Virus record (IMG/VR): IMGVR_UViG_3300008954_000025
Location: 23,893 to 87,892 of that record
Length of the DNA: 64,000 bases
Reading direction: 5' to 3' (one strand)
DNA from: a virus
Positions 46,182 through 55,797 of the stretch are shown here, one piece after another (position 1 is the first letter of the stretch; every line of letters begins with the position of its first letter). The translations under genes and the position numbers were made by a program. Under the pieces are notes generated by a model. That model was not told the origin of the DNA. It saw only the letters and a program-made list of their open reading frames with translations, and did no database searches.

Positions 46182-46465
46182 TGGTTTCTCCCTACTCCGC
46201 ACACGTGCGACCGCGAGTAGCCCAAGACGTAGCCGACGTCAGCCCACGTCATGCCCTGCGCCCGGAGCCGCTTGACCTCGGCAGCATCCACACGCGTCTT
46301 GCGGCCGGAACGCGCCGTCGAGCGCAGGCCGTTCCTGCGGGCCCAGTTCGCGATCGTCTGCCGATCGCGGACGAGCTCGTCGCCGACCTCCTGGTACGAC
46401 CGCCCCTCGGCGAGCAGCTCGACGACGCGCTCCGTCTCGTGCGGCTGCAGTTGACGATAGCTCAC
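46178..46465 (-). CDS. Tandem helix-turn-helix protein
   Basis: L.EGRSYQEVG..L.RDRQTI.NW and LRAQGMTWADVG..LG.S. Confidence 0.7.
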   Translation of the reverse strand: MSYRQLQPHETERVVELLAEGRSYQEVGDELVRDRQTIANWARRNGLRSTARSGRKTRVDAAEVKRLRAQGMTWADVGYVLGYSRSHVCGVGRNQ

Positions 46466-46683
46466 CTCGGCACCTCGGCCGGCGTCAGGTGCACCGCTGT
46501 GGCGTAGCGCTCGCTGATGTCCGGGTGCGCCTCGCGCCAGGCCACGAGGCGCAAGTGCGCTTGCGCGAAGGCATCGTCCAGATCGTCGGCCACGACCGGG
46601 CCAAGCATGAGGTCCGGCCTGTGCGACTGCACAGCGGGCGCCGTCGCCTCGAACATCGTCGCGCGTCCCAAGGGCAGCGTCAC
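46462..46683 (-). CDS. Hypothetical protein
   Basis: GTGA coupling at both ends. Confidence 0.45.
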   Translation of the reverse strand: MTLPLGRATMFEATAPAVQSHRPDLMLGPVVADDLDDAFAQAHLRLVAWREAHPDISERYATAVHLTPAEVPR

Positions 46684-47183
46684 GGCCTACACCCTTCGAC
46701 GGGGGTGGTCATACACACCGCTTTCGCTGGGCCTGCCTGGGGCACGGGCAGCGTATCGATGCGACGCCAGCCATCCATCGGCCCCTGCGTGAACGGAGAC
46801 CAAGGACGGACGACATCCCCCACCTGCATGTCGTTGAACTCGCGCAGCTCTCCCGTGGCGTACTCCAGGAGGATGCTGCTCTCCCGCTTCGCCTTCTGGA
46901 TCATGCGCGCCCGTGCCCCCAGATCGAATGCCGATAACGACACGACGCGACCTGCTTGCTTCCGCCTTCGTGGCGTTGGGGGCTCTGTTGCCCATCTCGT
47001 CTCCCTTGCCGCGCGTCGAGCCCTCTTCTCAGCCCGCTTCTTGGCCTTGTTGTTTCTTCGCTTCTTCCCAAGGTTGAGCGGCCCGTCGGCCTTGCTGTTG
47101 TGCGAGATCAACAACGGGATCGGCGTGTGATCGAAGTTCGGGTGGGTTGGGGTGGTGACGTCCAGGTCTTCTTCGGGTTCCAT
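46680..47183 (-). CDS. Hypothetical basic protein
   Basis: ATG 47183 after AAGGA; Lys/Arg-rich central stretch. Confidence 0.45.
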   Translation of the reverse strand: MEPEEDLDVTTPTHPNFDHTPIPLLISHNSKADGPLNLGKKRRNNKAKKRAEKRARRAARETRWATEPPTPRRRKQAGRVVSLSAFDLGARARMIQKAKRESSILLEYATGELREFNDMQVGDVVRPWSPFTQGPMDGWRRIDTLPVPQAGPAKAVCMTTPVEGCRP

Positions 47184-47187
47184 CTTG

Positions 47188-50106
47188 TCATCCTTGCTCT
47201 GCCCACGTCTTCGTCGCGAGGACCTCGTCGCCGGGCAGGGGCAGCCCATCCAGCTCCGCGTACATGGCGTCCTCGATGATTGCTTTGGCTTCGTCGGCGC
47301 GTGACTCCGGAACGTACACGCCGAGGTAGTCGTGGACCTGCAGGCACAGCCCGGTCCACCGGCTCCACTTGCCGAACGGGATCTGCTCCGCGACCTTGAG
47401 GATCGCGTCGTTCATCAGCGCGGCCGCCGTGCCCTGGATGGTGTGGTTCGGCGGCGCGTTCTTCTTGCTGGGGCCGCCGGGGAAGAAGCGCTTGCGCAGG
47501 TGGATGCGGTCGCAGACGTAGCCGAACTCGCGGACGCCAGAGGCGATCGTGGCCTGCCAGACGCGCGTCTCGGGATGGAGCTGGTGCCAGCGCTTGTGCC
47601 AGCGCTCCGCGTCGGACGGCTGGATCGTCGGGAACGTGCGGGCGCCAGTCGCCTTGTCGCGCTCGCCGAACATCGTCTGGAAGAGCTTGTCTTCTTCGCC
47701 GCCGTACGCCTCGAGGTACTGCACGCGCTTGGCGACCGTGCGCACGTACTTCTTCTTGCCCTTCGGGAGCTTCTTCAGGACGTGGTACGTGTCCATGATG
47801 TCGCTGTCCGTCGGGTCGGACGCTTCGCAAAACAGCGTCGCCGCGTTCAGCAGGTGCGGGTCCATCGGCTCGCCGTCGCGGTCCTTGCCGCGGAACGCCC
47901 GCAGCAGGAACTGGTCCTGGGCGAACAGCGCGTAGAGTCGCTGCTCGATCTGTGCGAGGTCGCTGCCGACGATGACGTGGCCAGGCGGTGCGACGACGAG
48001 CTCGCGTAGGTTCGTGGGTACGCCGCGCAGCGGCAGGCCGGTGTGCGGGTCCTGCACCCAGCCCTGTCCGGCCTCGTCATAGATGTACGGAGCGAAGGCG
48101 CGCGCTGGCCAGTTCTGAGCGTTCGGTGAGCTGGCCCAGCGGCCGGACGGCACGACGTGGATCTTCCACGAGATGTTGAGCAGCGACAGCGCGGGACGCC
48201 GGGACAGGATCGTCTCGCCGTCGAGCACCACCGCGTCGGCGTGACCGAGACCTGCGAGCGCCTTCACGTTCCGGACCTTGGCGTTGTCGATGTATGACCC
48301 GCGGAGCTTGTCGCAGGCGCGGAACTCGATGAGCGCGTCAATCGCGCGCTCGACGTCGGCGCTCACCCCTTGGTCGAGCAGCTGCAGCAGCGCGGGGGTC
48401 GAGGTGCTGACGTCGTCGCCCTCCTCCCACTCGTGACCTTGCGGCGTGAGCGTGGGCGAGTAGCTCAGCTCGTCGTAAAGCCAGGTTGCGACCTGCTTGG
48501 GCGAGTTGGGGTTGATCGGTTTGCCCGCCGTCTCTTGGAACTTCTTCGTCAGGTCCCGGCACAGGCGGTTGAAGACCAGGCTCAGCTCACCGCGCCGTCG
48601 CTCGTCGATGACGAGCCCGAGGTCGCCCATCTGCGACGCGACTGGCGCGAGCCGGGAGTCGACGACGAACTGCTCCTTGGTACCGCACGCGAGGATGTCG
48701 TCGCGCAGTAGCGGCCACAGGCGGCCAGTGACCAGCACGTCGTCGCCGCAGTAGAAGTGCAGGTCGAAGTCCTCGTCGACGTTGTCGGCCGCCTTGTGGT
48801 CGACATCGTGCTTGTGCATCGGCGCCTCGAACTTGCGCCGCATGCAGAAGCCGAGGTCGTGCGGCAGATCGTTCTCCATCGTGTCGTGGTGCGCGATCAT
48901 CGTGTCGAAGCAGATCTTGTCGCGGATGGGGAACATGCCGTGGCGGTACAGCACCGGAACGTCGAACCCCATGAAGTTGTGGCCGACGATGCGGCAGTGC
49001 TCGTTGACGCGCCGCACAGCGGCGACCGCGCGCTCGTGATCGCGACGGTCGGCCCAGTACGGCCGACCATCACGCCACCGGAACGGCACGACGATGACCA
49101 GCTCGCGGTCGCCCGTGAGCGGGTTCGGCTCTGGCGTTTTGATGTACAGGCCGACGCACCGGATCCGCGCCGTCTGTGTGTTCGCAGAGTCGGTCTCGAT
49201 GTCCTCGACGACGCGGCACTCTCGGTTGTCGCGCCACTTCAGCATCCAGTCAGTCGCCTGCTCGACCTGCTCGACGGTCGGGAAGACGATGTACTTCGGA
49301 CGCTTCCAGTCGATCTTGTTGCCGCGACTGGCGATGCGCGCGCCCTTGGCGATGTCGTCGAGGATGACGTGCTTGTACGCGCGGTTGCCGCGCATCGCGA
49401 AGGCGGGATGCAGCGTCGGCGCGATGATTACGCCGTGCTTCTCACGCAAGTCGATCGGGCTGCCGTGCTGGTTCTTGATCGTGGCGACGGTCGGCACGCC
49501 GCGCTTGTCCTTGGCCTTGCCGTAGTGCAGCCCGTACCGCTCGGCCGTCATGCGCAGCGCGTAGCCGCCGACAGCGAGGATGGTCGTGGCGCCCGCTTCT
49601 TCGATGTCGAGGTCGAGACGCGGGCGGCAGCACTCGAGCGGCGTGGGCGCCGGGACGTACGTCGCGAGTGCTTCCTTCTTGGTCAGTGTCCGGCCGTTGA
49701 CCACCACGGGTCCGGCCTTCAGCGCGGCCAGCTTGCGCGCCTCCTCGCGCCCAAGCCGCTCGATGTAGCTCTTGATGCCCTCGGGCGGCTGGCACAGCAG
49801 CGTGTTGGTGATCGAGATGTCGTCGCGGGTCAGGTCGCCGCGACCGAGCCCCTCAGCCAGCTCGGTGCCGGAGCGGCCGACGAACGGTGCGCCCTGCGCG
49901 ACCTCGTGCTTGCCGGGCGCTTCGCCGATGGCGATGAGCGCCGAGCTCGGTCGAATCTCGCCCATGACTGGGCCGCGATGGCAGCCGAAGAGCGGGCACT
50001 CGGTGCAGCGTGCGCCTCTGGCGGTGGCGCGTGCGTGCGCCTCTTCAGCGCTGTAGGCGCGGACAATCGGTCCGTCGTCGAAGATCCTGAGCCCGTCGCT
50101 GACCAT
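47188..50106 (-). CDS. polA: Family A DNA polymerase with N-terminal family-4 uracil-DNA glycosylase domain and 3'-5' exonuclease
   Basis: CTECPL, IGEAPG, PFVGRSG, TN.LLC.PP, TLHPA; EDIET, GHN..FD; SGRWASS.NAQN, GSDLAQIE, RTVAK...Y...YG, IQGTAA, QVHD. Confidence 0.92.
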   Translation of the reverse strand: MVSDGLRIFDDGPIVRAYSAEEAHARATARGARCTECPLFGCHRGPVMGEIRPSSALIAIGEAPGKHEVAQGAPFVGRSGTELAEGLGRGDLTRDDISITNTLLCQPPEGIKSYIERLGREEARKLAALKAGPVVVNGRTLTKKEALATYVPAPTPLECCRPRLDLDIEEAGATTILAVGGYALRMTAERYGLHYGKAKDKRGVPTVATIKNQHGSPIDLREKHGVIIAPTLHPAFAMRGNRAYKHVILDDIAKGARIASRGNKIDWKRPKYIVFPTVEQVEQATDWMLKWRDNRECRVVEDIETDSANTQTARIRCVGLYIKTPEPNPLTGDRELVIVVPFRWRDGRPYWADRRDHERAVAAVRRVNEHCRIVGHNFMGFDVPVLYRHGMFPIRDKICFDTMIAHHDTMENDLPHDLGFCMRRKFEAPMHKHDVDHKAADNVDEDFDLHFYCGDDVLVTGRLWPLLRDDILACGTKEQFVVDSRLAPVASQMGDLGLVIDERRRGELSLVFNRLCRDLTKKFQETAGKPINPNSPKQVATWLYDELSYSPTLTPQGHEWEEGDDVSTSTPALLQLLDQGVSADVERAIDALIEFRACDKLRGSYIDNAKVRNVKALAGLGHADAVVLDGETILSRRPALSLLNISWKIHVVPSGRWASSPNAQNWPARAFAPYIYDEAGQGWVQDPHTGLPLRGVPTNLRELVVAPPGHVIVGSDLAQIEQRLYALFAQDQFLLRAFRGKDRDGEPMDPHLLNAATLFCEASDPTDSDIMDTYHVLKKLPKGKKKYVRTVAKRVQYLEAYGGEEDKLFQTMFGERDKATGARTFPTIQPSDAERWHKRWHQLHPETRVWQATIASGVREFGYVCDRIHLRKRFFPGGPSKKNAPPNHTIQGTAAALMNDAILKVAEQIPFGKWSRWTGLCLQVHDYLGVYVPESRADEAKAIIEDAMYAELDGLPLPGDEVLATKTWAEQG

Positions 50107-50190
50107 GAGAGTTTAGGTGCCGGCTGTGCGGACGTCGTCCGCTTCTCCACTAGGGAAGGGCCAGCCGGCGGGCCCCTGACGAGCCTCCGT

Positions 50191-50853
50191 CTACAGCAGC
50201 TCGGTTGCGGCCTGCGACGCCGTGGGCGCCGCGGCAGCCGCCGCGTGCGCCGCCGCGCCGTTGGTGCCAGCGCCCGGCGCCGACACCGCAGCGGCAGCGG
50301 AACCGCCGGCGCGCTGCGCGGCCCACGCCTGCGCCTCGGGCGGCAACGCCGTGCGGTGCGCGTTGATCGCCTTGTTGGCCAGGTAGCGCTCCTTGCTGAG
50401 GAAGAAGCCCGGCTTGGACGACCAGTTGCCGGTCTTCTCGTACTTCTCGGCGCGGGCCGTGATGTAGCAGGTGCGCCCCTTCAGGGTCTCGCAGATCTGC
50501 TCGATGGGCATCTTGCCGATCTCCTCGAGCTTCTGCAGCTTGTCCTTCGTGGTGCCGCTGCTGTCGAGCACCTCGAACAGCCGGTGGGCGTTCGGACGGG
50601 GCGGGTCGCCCTTCGCCATGCCGGTGTACGGCACGTACGAGACGAGCTTCTTGCCCTTGTTGTCGTCGTCGCTCACCACCAAGGTGAAGATCACCTGGTA
50701 GTTCTCGCTGCTTTTGCTCTTGCCGGGCGCGGCCTCGGCGATGCTGACCTCGAAGTCGCCGTCAGCCGTCAACAGCTGTGAGGACTGGCCACCTTGCGGG
50801 CGCTCCCACGCGCCGGCGCCAGTGAAGTCGAGAGGAGGGAGTACGTCTGTCAT
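50191..50853 (-). CDS. DUF669-like single-stranded DNA-binding protein
   Basis: LL..DGDFEV.I..A..GKSKS.....VIF; Ala-rich tail; sits between Sak4-like ATPase and polymerase; strong A-rich RBS. Confidence 0.6.
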   Translation of the reverse strand: MTDVLPPLDFTGAGAWERPQGGQSSQLLTADGDFEVSIAEAAPGKSKSSENYQVIFTLVVSDDDNKGKKLVSYVPYTGMAKGDPPRPNAHRLFEVLDSSGTTKDKLQKLEEIGKMPIEQICETLKGRTCYITARAEKYEKTGNWSSKPGFFLSKERYLANKAINAHRTALPPEAQAWAAQRAGGSAAAAVSAPGAGTNGAAAHAAAAAAPTASQAATELL

Positions 50854-50936
50854 TTTTCGTTTTCCTTGCTAGCTAGCTTCGGTCGGGCAGGTTGTCTCGC
50901 CGCGCCCACCCCCTGCCCCCAGGGTGCGCGCGACCT

Positions 50937-52019
50937 CTACAGGAGTGCTGCGGGACTCGCGGCGCTTGCAGCGGCCGACATGTCCGGCATGTCTCCCAAA
51001 GGTCGGGGGACGCCGTAACCTGCGCGGTACAACGCCCAATGAAAGTGATCGATGGCGATCGACTCGCCAACGCCGAAGTCCCGGAACTTCCGGAAGTGCG
51101 TTTCGGTGAGCTTGGTCATCAGCTTGCGCGTGCCCATGTTGTCGATGACGCCCTCGAGGACGGCGTCGGCGATCGCGCTGACCGCTGTACGCAGCGGGCC
51201 CGTCGTGAGCTGAGGTCCACCGCGGTACTTGAGCTCGCCCATGCGCTGCGGCGGATCGGTCTTCGCCTGGCCGAAGTACGCCGGGTCAGCTCGGTGGCAG
51301 ACCAGCGCCATGAAGCACTCCAGCGAGCGCGGGACGTTCGTGAACCAGTCGACGAACTCGTTCATCCCGACGCGCCGAGCGAAACCTGACTTGCGCAGGT
51401 CCTTGAGGCTCGTCTTGATCGCGCCGACGTTGGCGACCCAATCCTCGACGTCTTCGATCTCGGCCGCCCACCGGCGGAAGAACTCCGTGCCCTCGTCCCA
51501 GACGAGGCCACTGTACGGCACCACGCCCTTGGCTGCGCCAGCGCCGTAGGCGTTGACGATTCGGTAGGCCAGCTCCAGGTTCGGCGCGCGCGAGCCCACG
51601 TCAGCGGGCTTGAGCTTCGGGATGACCTTCACCGCCAGTCCGCCCTTGTCGTACGGGCGCTGCTTGACGGGGATGCCGGCCAAGCCGTCGAGGAACGGCG
51701 GCAGGTCGACCACCGACCCGACCTTCTTCGCCTTGGCCGGCGTCCACTCCGGGTTCCACATGAAGACGGTCCGCATGCCGAGGCCGAGCACCTCCTCCGG
51801 GTTCTCGCGGCACCATGAGGCGTACGGCCGCAACACCTGCTTGTTGGTGAGCAGGAACAGCGCGCCGGGCTTGTCGACCTGCCCGCCGAAGCTGCGTGCA
51901 AGCAGGGTTGACTTGCCCCAGCCGGGGTCGGCCGTGATGATCACGAACGGCCACTCGGTCATCATCCCGGTTGTGTCGGTCAGCGTCAGACCGATCTCGT
52001 CCTTCAGAATGTCGTTCAC
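50937..52019 (-). CDS. AAA_24/Sak4-like ATPase (single-strand annealing)
   Basis: ITADPGWGKSTL, LVWDE, LVCH, GGPQL...AIADAV. Confidence 0.65.
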   Translation of the reverse strand: MNDILKDEIGLTLTDTTGMMTEWPFVIITADPGWGKSTLLARSFGGQVDKPGALFLLTNKQVLRPYASWCRENPEEVLGLGMRTVFMWNPEWTPAKAKKVGSVVDLPPFLDGLAGIPVKQRPYDKGGLAVKVIPKLKPADVGSRAPNLELAYRIVNAYGAGAAKGVVPYSGLVWDEGTEFFRRWAAEIEDVEDWVANVGAIKTSLKDLRKSGFARRVGMNEFVDWFTNVPRSLECFMALVCHRADPAYFGQAKTDPPQRMGELKYRGGPQLTTGPLRTAVSAIADAVLEGVIDNMGTRKLMTKLTETHFRKFRDFGVGESIAIDHFHWALYRAGYGVPRPLGDMPDMSAAASAASPAALL

Positions 52020-52050
52020 AGCACGGACTCCAAGCGCGCAGACGCGCGGT

Positions 52051-53028
52051 CTAGGCTTTGGTCGGAAGTTGTACGAGCTCGGACGCGTCCGGCGTCGAGA
52101 ACTCGGTCGCGAGCACGCGGCTCTGCTGCTCCTTCGAGCGCGCCGCGCACACATTGAAGTAGTCGCACTTGCCGTAGCGCCCTTCGCAGGCGGCGTAGTT
52201 CGGCGTCGGCTTGCCACCGACGTTGATCTTCTCGATGATCTGCGCCTCGCGGCGCACGGCCTCGACCATCATCATCTTGCTGTCGTTGTAGGCCAGCTCC
52301 GGCGGCCGGAGCGCGTGTCGGTCGCCGTCGTAGGGCAGCGTGCGCTTGATGCGGTTGATGGCGAAGCCGCGCAACGGGTAGTTGATGGGCAACTCGTCCT
52401 GGTTCCGGCAGATGTGCAGGTTCTGAAACACCTGGAACGACAGACCGAAGTCGCCGTCCTCTTTCCACTTGGCCAGCCGGCCGCTGTTCGACCCGCGCGA
52501 CGTCTTGTGGTCGACGATCCACGCCTCGCCGTTCCACACCACCACCAGGTCGTTGCGGCAGGTGATGACTTCGTCGACCAGGTCCGGAGGGCACGCCGCG
52601 CCGATGATGCGCCCCAGCGTCGACCGGAACTCCTCCTCCACGTACAGCGGGTGCCAGTGCTCCGCGGCGTAGCGGTGCTTGCACCACTCCCCGATCTCCT
52701 TCGCCTGGCGAATGAGGTCCGGGTAGCCCTTGCCGTCCTCGAGTAGCGCGACCTCCACGTCCGGCTGCTCCACGAGCCACGCCGGCGCCGTCTCGGTCTT
52801 CTGCGCGAACCAGTAGGCGAGGATCGTGTGCACCAGCGTCCCGAGGAGCTGGTAGCTCTTCTGCGCCTTGGGGCGGATGTACATGTGGTACCGCAGCGCC
52901 CACAGCCGTTCGCAGGTGAGCGCGGCCGCGAGCCGGTGCGACCCGCGGGCCGAGCTGCCCGAGACGCCGCTGGTCGCCGGCCGCGCCGAGAGCTTGGAGG
53001 GCGACGCCCCGATGGATGAGTCGAGCAC
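52051..53028 (-). CDS. PD-(D/E)XK Cas4-like exonuclease
   Basis: CERLW..RY, LGTLVH, VEEEF, DLVV...IVDHKT, C....GKCDY..VC. Confidence 0.8.
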   Translation of the reverse strand: MLDSSIGASPSKLSARPATSGVSGSSARGSHRLAAALTCERLWALRYHMYIRPKAQKSYQLLGTLVHTILAYWFAQKTETAPAWLVEQPDVEVALLEDGKGYPDLIRQAKEIGEWCKHRYAAEHWHPLYVEEEFRSTLGRIIGAACPPDLVDEVITCRNDLVVVWNGEAWIVDHKTSRGSNSGRLAKWKEDGDFGLSFQVFQNLHICRNQDELPINYPLRGFAINRIKRTLPYDGDRHALRPPELAYNDSKMMMVEAVRREAQIIEKINVGGKPTPNYAACEGRYGKCDYFNVCAARSKEQQSRVLATEFSTPDASELVQLPTKA

Positions 53029-53082
53029 GGTGCCCTCCGTTTTCCCTCGTACGGACAGCGCCGTCAAGCTGGCCCACGTGCT

Positions 53083-53265
53083 TCATATTCCGCTGATCTC
53101 CAGCTCCGGGCCGGCCGGGTAGTCTTCGGCGTGCAGCTGAAGCTCGCTGACCTCGATGTGGCTGAAGTCGACCCAGCTGAGCACGATGTCCTGCCCGAGC
53201 TCCTCCTCCTTCAAGTAGGTGTCGACTGCGCGCTTGAACTGTCCCCAGGTCATCTTGCCGCTCAC
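53083..53265 (-). CDS. Small hypothetical protein
   Basis: GTGA coupling; MTWGQFK..V. Confidence 0.45.
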   Translation of the reverse strand: MSGKMTWGQFKRAVDTYLKEEELGQDIVLSWVDFSHIEVSELQLHAEDYPAGPELEISGI

Positions 53266-53468
53266 AGCGATGCCCCTTCCGGCCGGTACGCGCCGCCGGT
53301 GTTCGCATCCACATGGCCTTCGCAGGCGATCACCGGGCCACCGAAGTCTCCGTGGTCTTCGTAGTCGACGACCTCGACCTGGCCCCAACACGGCTCCGCC
53401 TCGGAGTCGTACGCGCAGTCGCCCATGTACGACGCTTCATAGCTCGCGCTGCGGTAGTGCTCAGTCAC
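53262..53468 (-). CDS. Small Cys/His-containing hypothetical protein
   Basis: C......PCWGQV...ACEGH; coupled on both sides. Confidence 0.5.
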   Translation of the reverse strand: MTEHYRSASYEASYMGDCAYDSEAEPCWGQVEVVDYEDHGDFGGPVIACEGHVDANTGGAYRPEGASL

Positions 53469-55432
53469 GCCGCGTCCTCCCAGTCCTCGCCGATGTGGCC
53501 AGCCAGCCGCTCCAACGTCGCGGCCAGCGTCTCCTTCTCTTCCTCTTTGGTCATGGTGCCGCGGAGCTGGACGGCGCCCTCTTCGTCGGTGACGCGGGCG
53601 AGCGCGTCGACCTTCGGCAGGAAGCGCGCTTCGCGGTGCTCGTCGATGGTGCCCTTGACGACGTAGTACACCAACGACAGACCGCGCTCATCGAACTCGC
53701 CAGTCTTCGGGTCAGGCTCGTACGGCCGGTCTTCGGCCTGCAGCATCGCCGACGGGTCGTGGTGCATGTCGACCCAGTGCTCGGTCACCGCGCCACGGAG
53801 TGAGACGCCGACCTGGAACGAGTCGATGGTCATGACGAAGACGCCCGCGCCGCGGTGCTCCCGGAACGCTCGGCCCATCTTGCCCCGGGCGTCGACCGAC
53901 ACTTCGCCGTGCGCGCACCAGACCTGCGCGCGGACCTTCTCCATGCGCTTCTTGAACTCGCGCTTCTTGCACTGCTTCTTGAAGGCGTCGGCGTAGAGCT
54001 TGGCCGTGTCCGGGTTGAAGCACACGACCATGATCTTCAGGCCCTCGACCAGTTCGGGCATCGCGTTCTCGAGGACGTGCGACAGCTTCACCTTGGCGGT
54101 CTGCGCCATCAGCTTCTTGGTCTTGTCGCCGATGTCCAGCTTGCCGCGGAGGATGCGGCGCACGGCCGTCATGGCCACGTCGGCTTCGATGCGCAGCACC
54201 TGGCGCTGCTTCTTCGGCATGTTCGGTAGGATCTCCGAGCGCGGGCGCATGATGGCGAAGCGCTGGATGCGGCGCTTGAGCTCGGTCTCGGCGTACTGCG
54301 ACGCGCCGCTGTTCTCCCAGCCATAGTCGCCTGTCTGGCCATCACAGTAGCGCCGGTCGAAGTCGAAGAAGAGGCGGTCGTCACTCCACGTAGTCGCAGC
54401 GCCGAGCGACGCGGCGTCGAGCTGGCCCCACCAGTCCCGGACGTACGAGAACTGCGGCGTGCCTCCAACCAACCAGCACCGGTCGATGCGCGCGGTCAAC
54501 TCGTTGAACTTCTCGCGCCGCGTCTGGCCCTTCTTGGACTCGTCGGTGTTGCGACCGCGGAGCATGTGCGCCTCGTCCGCGATGACGAGGTCGAAGCGGT
54601 AGCGCGCGAGGTGCGGGACCCAGCCGAGCAGGTCCGGGCGGATGTACTTCACGCCGGCCGCGTCCTTGGCCTGCTGCGCGACGATCAGCTCGTAGTTCAC
54701 GATGACGTACTTGGCCCGGTCGATCGTCTCGTGAAGCTCCTGGGCGCACTGCGGACACGTCGTGTCGTGCTTGGTGCAGGTGCCGTGCCCTGCGTCGATG
54801 AGGCGCAGCCCGTTGCTCTGGCCATTGAGCAGCTTGCAGTCGTCGCACGATGAGCCGTCGTCGGTGTTGAAGCCGCGACCCATGCACGACTTACAGAACA
54901 CGCGCGCAACCTTGCCTGCGCGGCCGTAGAGGATGACGGCCTCCTCGTCGCACCAGCGCGCGATCTCCTCGGCCCACCCGAGCTTCGGCAGCGCGGGCAC
55001 GACGCACAGGATCTTCTCGGCCCCGACCAGTTCGGCCGCCCCGAGCGCGGTCGGCGTCTTGCCCGACCGCATCGGATTCGCCAGGAAGCCCCAGTGCCAC
55101 AGCGCGAGCTGGAGTGCGTCTTCCTTCTGGTAGCTCCGGAACTTCTCAGGGAAGCCGAGCTTGCGGTAGCGCTCCAGCCCCGACATCTGCAAGACGGCCT
55201 GCACGCGGCTGTCGTTGGCTTGCAAGGGAAGTTGCGGAGCGTCCACGTCGAGCAGCGCCGCGACCGCCCACGCGACGTCCCACGTACACGCGAAGCCGCC
55301 AGTCACCCGCTGCACGCCGGGGATGGCGAGGATCTCGTCGGCGCGGGCGCCGTACGCTTCGCCGGCGAGGAAGCACGGGCGCTCACCGCGTCGCCCCATC
55401 GAGGGCAAGATCTCTTGCGGCGACAGCGTCAT
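53465..55432 (-). CDS. SNF2-family helicase with Cys-rich insertion
   Basis: RSYQ, ANPMRSGKT, W..EI..W, IVNYE, IADEAH, GGTP, VGVSL..A, QAEDR, GTIDE. Confidence 0.85.
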   Translation of the reverse strand: MTLSPQEILPSMGRRGERPCFLAGEAYGARADEILAIPGVQRVTGGFACTWDVAWAVAALLDVDAPQLPLQANDSRVQAVLQMSGLERYRKLGFPEKFRSYQKEDALQLALWHWGFLANPMRSGKTPTALGAAELVGAEKILCVVPALPKLGWAEEIARWCDEEAVILYGRAGKVARVFCKSCMGRGFNTDDGSSCDDCKLLNGQSNGLRLIDAGHGTCTKHDTTCPQCAQELHETIDRAKYVIVNYELIVAQQAKDAAGVKYIRPDLLGWVPHLARYRFDLVIADEAHMLRGRNTDESKKGQTRREKFNELTARIDRCWLVGGTPQFSYVRDWWGQLDAASLGAATTWSDDRLFFDFDRRYCDGQTGDYGWENSGASQYAETELKRRIQRFAIMRPRSEILPNMPKKQRQVLRIEADVAMTAVRRILRGKLDIGDKTKKLMAQTAKVKLSHVLENAMPELVEGLKIMVVCFNPDTAKLYADAFKKQCKKREFKKRMEKVRAQVWCAHGEVSVDARGKMGRAFREHRGAGVFVMTIDSFQVGVSLRGAVTEHWVDMHHDPSAMLQAEDRPYEPDPKTGEFDERGLSLVYYVVKGTIDEHREARFLPKVDALARVTDEEGAVQLRGTMTKEEEKETLAATLERLAGHIGEDWEDAA

Positions 55433-55797
55433 TGTTTGCGCCGCCTCTTCGGCCGCATGACGACGTGGCGGACTTGCATCTTGCGGATGATGTTGCCGTC
55501 CTGCTCGATGACCGTGCCTGAGAGCGAGAAGTCCAGCGCGTCGCTGCCTAGCTTGACCACCTCGCCTGGCGCGACGGCATCGAGCGGAACGATTTCGGCG
55601 AGCAGCTGGCCGCCTACGACACGCGCGTTTTGGGGGTAGCCACCGACGCCGCCTGCGCGGCCGCTGCCGTCACCCACCCACATCTTGTCGGTGTTGATCT
55701 GGGCGGCCGCCTCCTGCAGCGCCTCGACGGTGAACGTGGTCCCGTCTGGCCAAGCGACGTTCACGTCGGCGAGTACGGCGGTGTACTTCTTCGTCAC
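55429..55797 (-). CDS. Hypothetical protein
   Basis: Coupled on both sides. Confidence 0.5.
   Translation of the reverse strand: MTKKYTAVLADVNVAWPDGTTFTVEALQEAAAQINTDKMWVGDGSGRAGGVGGYPQNARVVGGQLLAEIVPLDAVAPGEVVKLGSDALDFSLSGTVIEQDGNIIRKMQVRHVVMRPKRRRKQ

Noticed and set aside
52051-53028. Cas4-like nuclease as evidence of a CRISPR system
   Set aside because: No repeat-spacer array or other cas genes seen; it sits in a standard nuclease-Sak4-SSB recombination module
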